A stretch of 64,000 nt of DNA from Miltoncostaeaceae bacterium (lineage in GTDB: Bacteria > Actinomycetota > Thermoleophilia > Miltoncostaeales > Miltoncostaeaceae): assembly GCA_049318525.1 (NCBI GenBank), contig JBMOGE010000001.1, positions 2,761 to 66,760 of the forward strand, written 5' to 3'. Below the pieces are notes generated by a model. That model had not been told where the DNA came from. It searched no databases and worked only from the letters and a program-made list of their open reading frames with translations. The position numbers and the translations under genes were made by a program. Shown in pieces: positions 56,972 through 64,000 of the stretch; the stretch's first letter is position 1, and each line of letters begins with the position of its first letter.

Positions 56972-59154
56972 GTGGATCCGACGTCGTGAACGCGATCGCC
57001 AATTGCACGTTGCCCGACCCACATGGCGTGCTGGGTGCACATCCCCTGCCCGATGGCACGCACATGGTGCATGCATGCGTGCCCGGCGCCCGGCGCATCG
57101 AGGTGATTGCTGGCGACGGTACCCCAACGGCGCTGGCGCCTCTGCACGACGCGGGCATCTTCGGCGGACGGGTGGGTGGCCTCACCCCGCCCAACTACTG
57201 GCTGCGCATCACCCCGGCGCAGGGTTCTGCGGTGGACATACGCGATCCATACGCCTTTCTGCCCACCCTCGGGGACCTCGACCTTCACCTGACATCAGAG
57301 GGCCGGCACGGGGCGCTGTGGACCCGGCTGGGGGCCAACGCGCGAGAGGTGGATGGCGTCGCTGGTGTGGGCTTCGCCGTGTGGGCGCCCAATGCCCGGT
57401 CGGTGAGTGTGGTGGGCGACTTCAACGGCTGGGATGGCCGTGTGCACCAGATGCGGTCGCTCGGCCAGTCGGGAATCTGGGAAATCTTTGTGCCGGGCGC
57501 CACGCCCGGCGACCGCTATAAGTTTGAAATCCGGTGTGTCGACGGCCACTCGCGCGCGCGCGCTGATCCCCTGGCGCGACAGGTCGAGCCCATGCCTGGC
57601 ACGGCCTCGGTGGTTGATGTGAGTCATTACGCCTGGGGTGATGCCGCGTGGATGCAGGCCCGGGCCGTACGCACCCCGTACGCGGAGCCGATGTCCACGT
57701 ATGAGGTGCATCTTCCCTCCTGGCGGCGCAACGACCTGGAGGGCAACCGGTCGCTCACGTATCTCGAGCTGGCCGATGATCTCACCGCGTATGTGGTGGA
57801 GATGGGGTTCACGCACGTGGAACTCATGCCCGTGATGGCGCATCCCTTCCCCGGGTCGTGGGGGTATCAAGTCACCTCGTACTTCGCGCCCCTCCCGTCT
57901 CAGGGGTCGCCCGATGACCTGCGGCTGCTCATCGACACCCTGCACCGCAGTGGTATCGGGGTCATCCTCGACTGGGTGCCGGCGCACTTTCCGCGCGACG
58001 ACTGGGCCCTCGCCCTGTTTGATGGCACGCCGCTGTACGAGCACGACGACCCGCGCATGGGCGCACACCCCGACTGGGGCACGCTCATCTTCAACTTCGG
58101 TCGGCACGAGGTGCGTAACTTCCTCATCGCCAGTGCGCGGTATTGGCTTGAGGAATTCCACGTGGACGGATTGCGCGTGGACGCCGTCGCGTCGATGCTG
58201 TATCTCGACTACTCGCGTGAGCCGGGCGAGTGGGTGCCCAACGCTGTCGGTGGACGCGAGAACCTTGATGCCATGAGGTTCCTGAGCGAGTTGAATGAGG
58301 ACTGCCACCGCGAGTCGCCGGGGGTGGCAATGATCGCCGAGGAGTCCACGGCGTGGCCGGGCGTGTCGCGGCCCACCGCAAGCGGTGGCCTCGGCTTCGG
58401 CTTCAAGTGGAATCTTGGGTGGATGCACGACGTACTGGCATTCCTGGCCCGCGACCCGATTCACCGCCGCCACCATCACCGCGAGATTACCTTCAGCCTG
58501 CTGTACGCATTTACCGAGCATTTCGTCCTTCCGCTCTCCCACGATGAGGTGGTCCACGGCAAGGGCTCGCTGATCTCGCGCATGCCGGGCGACCGGTGGC
58601 AGCAGTTCGCGGGGCTGCGTGCCCTGTACGCGTATATGTGGGCGCACCCGGGCAAGAAGTTGCTGTTCATGGGAGGCGAGTTCGCTCAGGATGCCGAGTG
58701 GGGGCACGATCGGTCGCTCGACTGGCACTTGCTGGCGCATGGCCATCACGAGGGCGTGCGCCAGGTGGTACGCGATCTCAACCACCTCTACCGGGCACAC
58801 CCGGCCCTGTGGTGTGCCGACAGCCGCCCCGAGGGCTTCGTGTGGCTGGAGCCCGACGATGCCGGCGCGGGCGTCCTCGCATTCAGCCGCGTCGACCCGG
58901 ATGGTGACGACATTGTGGTGTGCGTGCTCAATCTCACCCCGGTGCCCCGCCATGGATACCGGGTTGGCCTGCCCGCCCCGGGGCACTGGCGGGAGGCCCT
59001 CAACACCGACTCGCGGCACTACGGCGGGTCGGACTGCGGCAACATGGGCGGGGTCGATGCAGACGACCAGTCGTGGCACCGGCAGCAGTGGTCGGCCGAG
59101 GTGACCGTGCCCCCGCTCGGCGTGGTGTGGCTCGTACCGGAGAGCTCGACGTGA
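56968..59154 (+). CDS. glgB: 1,4-alpha-glucan branching enzyme
   Basis: ATGA overlap with the pep2 stop. GH13 motifs are DWVPAHF, GLRVDAVASM, MIAEEST and LSHDEV. Confidence 0.9.
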   Translation: MSGSDVVNAIANCTLPDPHGVLGAHPLPDGTHMVHACVPGARRIEVIAGDGTPTALAPLHDAGIFGGRVGGLTPPNYWLRITPAQGSAVDIRDPYAFLPTLGDLDLHLTSEGRHGALWTRLGANAREVDGVAGVGFAVWAPNARSVSVVGDFNGWDGRVHQMRSLGQSGIWEIFVPGATPGDRYKFEIRCVDGHSRARADPLARQVEPMPGTASVVDVSHYAWGDAAWMQARAVRTPYAEPMSTYEVHLPSWRRNDLEGNRSLTYLELADDLTAYVVEMGFTHVELMPVMAHPFPGSWGYQVTSYFAPLPSQGSPDDLRLLIDTLHRSGIGVILDWVPAHFPRDDWALALFDGTPLYEHDDPRMGAHPDWGTLIFNFGRHEVRNFLIASARYWLEEFHVDGLRVDAVASMLYLDYSREPGEWVPNAVGGRENLDAMRFLSELNEDCHRESPGVAMIAEESTAWPGVSRPTASGGLGFGFKWNLGWMHDVLAFLARDPIHRRHHHREITFSLLYAFTEHFVLPLSHDEVVHGKGSLISRMPGDRWQQFAGLRALYAYMWAHPGKKLLFMGGEFAQDAEWGHDRSLDWHLLAHGHHEGVRQVVRDLNHLYRAHPALWCADSRPEGFVWLEPDDAGAGVLAFSRVDPDGDDIVVCVLNLTPVPRHGYRVGLPAPGHWREALNTDSRHYGGSDCGNMGGVDADDQSWHRQQWSAEVTVPPLGVVWLVPESST

Positions 59155-61274
59155 CCTCGGTGGCCTGGCCGGGGGCCCCATTTCCCATCGGTGCGTCGTG
59201 GGACGGACGCGGCACCAACTTCTCGTTGTTCTCGGAGCGTGCCGAGGCGGTCACCCTGTGCCTGTTCGATGACGACGACGTCGAACAGCGCATCCTCATG
59301 GATGAGCGCACGGCCTTTCACTGGCATGCCTATCTGCCCGGCGTGGGCCCCGGGCAGCGCTACGGCTACCGGGTGCACGGCTCGTACGCCCCGGCCACCG
59401 GTGATCGCTTCAATCCCGCCAAGCTGCTCATCGACCCCTATGCCCGGGCCATTGAGGGCGTGGTGGACTGGGACCGTGCGAATGTCTTGCCGTACGTGCC
59501 CACGGGCGAGCCCGACGCCGATCTGGTGCCCGATGGCGAGGATGATGCCGCTGCGATACCCAAATGCATCGTGGTGGATGAGTCGTTCGACTGGGAGGGT
59601 GACCGCGCACCGCGTCGGCCATGGGCCGAGACGGTGATCTACGAGACCCACGTGCGCGGGTTCACCATGACCCATCCCGATGTGCGCGACGATCTGCGCG
59701 GGACCTACGCGGGCATGGCATCGGACCCCGCCATCAGCCATCTGGCTGCGCTCGGTGTGACCGCAGTCGAGCTGATGCCCGTGCATCACATCGCCGACGA
59801 GCACGAACTCCATGCCCGCGGGCTCACCAACTACTGGGGCTACAGCTCGATCGGCTACCTGGCCCCGCACTCGGGGTACGCGGCGACCGGTACGCACGGC
59901 CAGCAGGTGCACGAGTTCAAGGGGATGGTCAAGGCGCTTCACCGGGCCGGCATCGAGGTGATTCTTGATGTGGTGTACAACCACACGGGCGAGGGGGGCA
60001 ATCTGGGTCCCATGCTGGCCTTCCGCGGTATCGACAACGTGTCGTATTACCGACTGGTGCCGGGCGATCGCCGCCACTACGTGGACTACACCGGTACGGG
60101 TAACACCCTCAACCCCGTTCACCCGAGCGTGCTGCGGCTCATCATGGACTCACTGCGGTACTGGGTGACCGAATGCCACGTGGACGGATTCCGATTCGAT
60201 CTGGCGTCGGCCCTCGCGCGAGAGTTCTACGACGTCGACCGCCTCTCGGCGTTCTTCGACGTCATACATCAGGACCCGGTCCTGTCGACGGTCAAGCTCA
60301 TCGCTGAGCCGTGGGATGTCGGCCCGGGCGGGTACCAGGTGGGCAACTTCCCTGTGCTGTGGAGTGAATGGAACGGCATCTACCGTGACGTGGTGCGCGA
60401 CTACTGGCGTGGGCATGCCCCAGTGGCCGCATTTGCATCGCGCTTTACGGCATCGAGCGACCTATACCAGTCAGATGGCCGCACGCCATTTGCGTCCATC
60501 AACTTCATCACGGCCCACGATGGATTCACGCTTCGCGATCTGGTGTCGTACGACCACAAGCACAACGAGGCCAATCTCGAGGACAACCGGGACGGCACCG
60601 ACGACAATCGGTCGTGGAATTGTGGAGCCGAGGGCGCAACCGACGACCCCGCCGTTCTTGGGCTGCGCACCCGCCAGCAGCGCAACATGTTGGCGACGCT
60701 CATACTGTCGCAGGGCGTTCCGATGCTGCTCGGTGGCGATGAGGTCTCACGCACCCAGCACGGCAACAACAACCCGTGGTGCCAGGACAACGACATTTCG
60801 TGGTTTGACTGGTCTTTGGTGGACCACGAGGCCGACATGCTCGAGTTCACCCGCGAGTTGGTGGCGCTTCGCCGTGCGCATCCGGTGTTCCGGCGCGGAC
60901 GATTTCTGGAGGGGCGCGGGCGCAGCGCAACCGGCCTGCCCGACGTATGGTGGTTCCGCTTGGACGGCCGTCGCATGACGCGCAACGACTGGGATGCCGG
61001 CCGCGGCGACGTGGGGGTGTTCCTCAATGGCGCCGAGATCGCCGATCGCACCGCTGATGGTCACCCGATCGTCGATGAGTCCTTCCTGCTGCTCTTCAAC
61101 GCGGGGCCCGACTCGCTGACCTTCCGTCTGCCGTCACGCCGCTTTGGTCTCACGTGGGTTCATGAACTGTGCACCGCCGACCCATTGCTCGGTCCCAAGT
61201 CGGGCGATGTGCCAGCGCAGGGGGAACTCAGCTTGGTTGACCGCTCGATGAAGGTGCTTCGCCGACTGGGGTGA
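59151..61274 (+). CDS. glgX: Glycogen debranching enzyme
   Basis: GTGA overlap with the glgB stop. Motifs are DVVYNHT, GFRFDLAS, IAEPWD and TAHDGFT. Confidence 0.9.
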   Translation: MTSVAWPGAPFPIGASWDGRGTNFSLFSERAEAVTLCLFDDDDVEQRILMDERTAFHWHAYLPGVGPGQRYGYRVHGSYAPATGDRFNPAKLLIDPYARAIEGVVDWDRANVLPYVPTGEPDADLVPDGEDDAAAIPKCIVVDESFDWEGDRAPRRPWAETVIYETHVRGFTMTHPDVRDDLRGTYAGMASDPAISHLAALGVTAVELMPVHHIADEHELHARGLTNYWGYSSIGYLAPHSGYAATGTHGQQVHEFKGMVKALHRAGIEVILDVVYNHTGEGGNLGPMLAFRGIDNVSYYRLVPGDRRHYVDYTGTGNTLNPVHPSVLRLIMDSLRYWVTECHVDGFRFDLASALAREFYDVDRLSAFFDVIHQDPVLSTVKLIAEPWDVGPGGYQVGNFPVLWSEWNGIYRDVVRDYWRGHAPVAAFASRFTASSDLYQSDGRTPFASINFITAHDGFTLRDLVSYDHKHNEANLEDNRDGTDDNRSWNCGAEGATDDPAVLGLRTRQQRNMLATLILSQGVPMLLGGDEVSRTQHGNNNPWCQDNDISWFDWSLVDHEADMLEFTRELVALRRAHPVFRRGRFLEGRGRSATGLPDVWWFRLDGRRMTRNDWDAGRGDVGVFLNGAEIADRTADGHPIVDESFLLLFNAGPDSLTFRLPSRRFGLTWVHELCTADPLLGPKSGDVPAQGELSLVDRSMKVLRRLG

Positions 61275-61283
61275 TGCCCGGAG

Positions 61284-63443
61284 TCAGGCCCCGGAGTAGA
61301 CCCGCGATTCGTAGTCGTCAAGCATCCGGGCGGCGCTGAACTCGGGTGCGAGTCCCATGACGGATGCACGCATGCGACTGAGCCAGCCGGTGGGCAGGTC
61401 ATCGGCGTCGCGGTCGTAGAAGGCGGGCAGCACCTCGCCCTCGAGGATGCTGAACAGGGCATCCGCATCACGGGCATCCTGTGCGGCGTGGTCGTCGTCG
61501 GTGGTGCCATCGATGGCCCACCCGCGTGAGGGGTCGTATCCCTCGGCCCACCAGCCGTCCAGCACGCTCAACTGCAACCCCCCGTTGATGCTCGACTTCA
61601 TGCCGCTCGTACCGCTGGCCTCAAGCGGCGGACGCGGAAGGTTCAGCCACAGGTCGCAGCCCTGCACCAGCACACGCGCGAGCCCGAGGTCGTAGTCGTC
61701 CAGAAACACAACGCGGGTACCGTGGTCGTCAGCCACCGGGCTGCCGAAGAGATCCTGCAGCAGGCGCTTGCCCTCGTCATCGCGCGGGTGTGCCTTGCCG
61801 GCGAGCACCAACTGCACGGGCCGGTTGCCGTTGAGCAGGGCCATGGCACGATCCACATCGTGCACCAGCAGGTCGAGACGCTTGTAGGTGGCCAGTCGCC
61901 GCGCGAAGCCGATGGTGAGTACGGCCGGGTCGAACACCCGCGCCGCGGCCTCCACGTAGCTGGTCTCCTCGCCGCGCCCCAGGCGCTCGTGGACGCTGCG
62001 CATGCGAACGAGGGAAACCAGGCGCGCGCGCTGTGCGCACCGGGCAGCCCACAGTTCGGCGGCGGGCACCTCGGCGAGCGGCTGCCACGTCTCAGGCACC
62101 GCCGACCGCATGCGCCAGTCAGCGGTCAGGATGCGGTCGAACAGGGCGTTCATCTCGGGACCGACCCACGACGGGATATGCACGCCGTTGGTGACGTGGG
62201 TGATGGGAACGCCGTCGACAGCCCGCCCTGGCCAGACGGGCGCCCACATGCGGCGGCTCACGCGTCCATGGCGTCGGCTCACCCCATTGGCCGCCCGACT
62301 CGTGCGTAGTGCCAGCTGCGTGATGCCGAACTCCTCATCAAGGTCGAGCGGGTCGGTGCGCCCCAGGCGGAGCAGGTCCTCGTCGTCCAGGCCGATCTCC
62401 CGGGCATACTCGCCAAGGGCACCGATTGCACGCGCGGCGGGGTAGGTGTCGTTGCCGGCGGGAACGGGTGTGTGGGTGGTGAAGACCACCTGACGGCGCG
62501 CGTGTTCAATGGCCTGATCGACTGGCACGCCGTCACCGATCTGCTCGCGGGCAAGCTCAAATGCCGCCAGGGCGCCATGCCCCTCGTTGAGGTGCACCAC
62601 CGACGGCGAGATGCCCAGAGCGCTGAGGGCACGCATCGATCCGATGCCGAGCATCGCGTACTGGGCCAGACGGATCTGCGGGTCGCCGACGTAGAGACGA
62701 GCCGTGATCCAGCGGGCAATGGGTGAGTTGCCAGGCACGTCAGTGTCGAGCAGGAACAGGGGCACCCGGCCAACGTCAACGCGCCAGATGTGCGCGAGCA
62801 CCGCCTCGCCGCTGACCGGGACCGTGATGGTGATTGGCGCCCCTGCGTCGTCGGTGACCCGCGCCGCGGGAACCATCTCGGGGTCAAGATCATCCCACGA
62901 CTCATGCTGCAGGCCGCCCGCGTCGATTCGCTGGCGGAAGTAGCCCTCGCGATAGAGAAGCCCCATAGCCACGAGCGGGAAGGCATCGTCTGACGCCTGC
63001 TTGAGCATGTCGCCGGCCAGCGCGCCGAGGCCGCCGGAGTACACGGGAAGTGACTCGTGCACGCCGAACTCGGCGCACACGAAGGCCACGGGGCTATCGC
63101 GGCTGATGCCGGGGACGTCAGCCGACGCGCGCGCGCCGTCGTCCTCGTACCGGGCGAGCAGCGTGCCGATGCAATCGAGCAGGCCCTCATCTGCTGCCGC
63201 CGAGTTCAGGCGGGTGCGCGAGCACTCGCGCAGCATGCGCACGGGGTTCTGGTGAATGCGCCCCCAGCGATCAGGGTCGAGCGCCGCGAATACGGCGTCT
63301 GCCCCTGGCGTCCACGACCAGCGGTAGTCGTATGCGATACCCGCGAGGTCGGCGAGCGGCGCGGGCAGCCCGGCGGCCAACTCCTCCACGGCGAGGTCGA
63401 TATTCGCTCTTCCGGCATCCATTGGCGGCAATGTGCCAGCCAT
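61284..63443 (-). CDS. glgP: Alpha-glucan phosphorylase (GlgP/MalP, GT35)
   Basis: Start at [11 protein letters not shown]. The upstream 180 codons of the 901-aa ORF are Arg/Gly-rich junk that overlaps the xfp gene. Contains the [12 protein letters not shown]-lysine motif. Confidence 0.85.
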   Translation of the reverse strand: MAGTLPPMDAGRANIDLAVEELAAGLPAPLADLAGIAYDYRWSWTPGADAVFAALDPDRWGRIHQNPVRMLRECSRTRLNSAAADEGLLDCIGTLLARYEDDGARASADVPGISRDSPVAFVCAEFGVHESLPVYSGGLGALAGDMLKQASDDAFPLVAMGLLYREGYFRQRIDAGGLQHESWDDLDPEMVPAARVTDDAGAPITITVPVSGEAVLAHIWRVDVGRVPLFLLDTDVPGNSPIARWITARLYVGDPQIRLAQYAMLGIGSMRALSALGISPSVVHLNEGHGALAAFELAREQIGDGVPVDQAIEHARRQVVFTTHTPVPAGNDTYPAARAIGALGEYAREIGLDDEDLLRLGRTDPLDLDEEFGITQLALRTSRAANGVSRRHGRVSRRMWAPVWPGRAVDGVPITHVTNGVHIPSWVGPEMNALFDRILTADWRMRSAVPETWQPLAEVPAAELWAARCAQRARLVSLVRMRSVHERLGRGEETSYVEAAARVFDPAVLTIGFARRLATYKRLDLLVHDVDRAMALLNGNRPVQLVLAGKAHPRDDEGKRLLQDLFGSPVADDHGTRVVFLDDYDLGLARVLVQGCDLWLNLPRPPLEASGTSGMKSSINGGLQLSVLDGWWAEGYDPSRGWAIDGTTDDDHAAQDARDADALFSILEGEVLPAFYDRDADDLPTGWLSRMRASVMGLAPEFSAARMLDDYESRVYSGA

Positions 63444-63569
63444 CGTGTCATGCGCCCCCGTCCTCCTCGTATCAGTGACAGCCACGCCACACCGGGGCGC
63501 ACAGGGCGACCTACTGTTCCCGACGGGCGTTTGGAACCGCCGCTGCGGTGGCAACTGAAGGGAGATGCG

Positions 63570-64000
63570 ATGACCACGCCATTTCACGTACCCGCACCCG
63601 CCGGGCCGCTTGACCCCTCGGAACTGGCCCTGATCGATGCGTGGTGGCGCGCGGCCAACTATCTGTCGGTGGGACAGATCTACCTGCTCGACAACCCGTT
63701 GCTGCGCAGGGCACTTGAGCCATCCGATGTGAAGCCCCGCCTGCTTGGTCACTGGGGCACCACCCCCGGGCTCACGCTGCTCTACGCGCATCTCAACCGC
63801 GTCATCACCGAGCGCGGCACCGACATGGTGTACGTGTGCGGCCCCGGCCACGGGGGCCCCGGCATGCTCGCGTGCGCCTACCTTGAGGGCACCTACAGCG
63901 ACGTCTATCCCGATGTGAGCGAGGACGCCGAGGGTATGCGGCGGCTCTTTCGCCAGTTCTCGTTCCCGGGTGGGGTTCCCAGCCATCACGCGCCCGAGTC
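63570..64000 (+). CDS. xfp: Phosphoketolase (Xfp), N-terminal part; runs off the window
   Basis: ATG preceded by GAAGGGAG. The translation [45 protein letters not shown]...[14 protein letters not shown]...GPGHGGP is the characteristic phosphoketolase N-terminus. Confidence 0.85.
   Translation, partial: MTTPFHVPAPAGPLDPSELALIDAWWRAANYLSVGQIYLLDNPLLRRALEPSDVKPRLLGHWGTTPGLTLLYAHLNRVITERGTDMVYVCGPGHGGPGMLACAYLEGTYSDVYPDVSEDAEGMRRLFRQFSFPGGVPSHHAPE

Noticed and set aside
61284-63989. 901-aa version of glgP, and other long N-terminal ORF extensions (29605..30540, 13863..14837, 41743..43215, 8479..9852, 36635..37387, 1093..1713).
   Set aside because: The extensions are low-complexity Arg/Pro-rich. 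They overlap neighbouring genes or the riboswitch/promoter regions. They disappear when the start that forms an ATGA/GTGA junction or follows an RBS is used.

Overview
Visibly very GC-rich (not computed), densely coding bacterial chromosome segment. It carries actinobacterial hallmarks: an fhaA-fhaB-pstP-rodA-pbpA-pknB cluster beside tRNA-Leu, and the GlgE alpha-glucan pathway. No similarity search was run. All calls come from reading the translations, motifs and gene context, and most start codons are inferred from ATGA/GTGA overlaps or RBS-like purine tracts.

Contents, left to right:
1. A futalosine-route menaquinone operon (mqnC/E-like, mqnA, unknown 154-aa ORF, polyprenyl-PP synthase, ubiE, ubiX).
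2. A split b6c-type menaquinol:cytochrome c reductase (Rieske, cyt b6, subunit IV-cyt c fusion).
3. A hemB / fused ahbA-ahbB / hemL / unknown 173-aa ORF / ubiD operon.
4. aat, an ABC-2 exporter, an AI-2E permease, a LytM-like membrane protein plus ymdB, a P2-like P-type ATPase, a STAS protein, copZ-copA and a divergent ArgH-like lyase.
5. A textbook cobalamin riboswitch in front of an ECF-type double ATPase plus an S-like component, with no T component adjacent.
6. A B-family (ba3-like) heme-copper oxidase, pdxH, an aldehyde dehydrogenase and tRNA-Tyr.
7. An orphan OmpR-type response regulator, a Ser/Thr kinase with a discoidin-like ectodomain, and two overlapping tyrosine recombinases followed by a structured, lower-GC intergenic region.
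8. The cell-wall Ser/Thr signalling cluster, here with two tandem PP2C phosphatases, no pknA, an extra polytopic kinase, and ddl plus a metallophosphoesterase coupled behind pknB.
9. tRNA-Leu, an RGG-rich membrane protein, pheA, a complete GlgE-pathway cluster (malQ, glgE, treS, pep2, glgB, glgX, glgP) and the 5' end of a phosphoketolase gene.

I saw no rRNA, CRISPR array, transposase, phage gene or recognisable defence system. The region is mostly housekeeping. The observations most worth a second look are the riboswitch-controlled T-less ECF module, the overlapping recombinase pair with its palindrome and repeats, the siroheme-decarboxylase fusion inside the heme operon, two small uncharacterised ORFs embedded in the quinone operons, and the rearranged PknB cluster.
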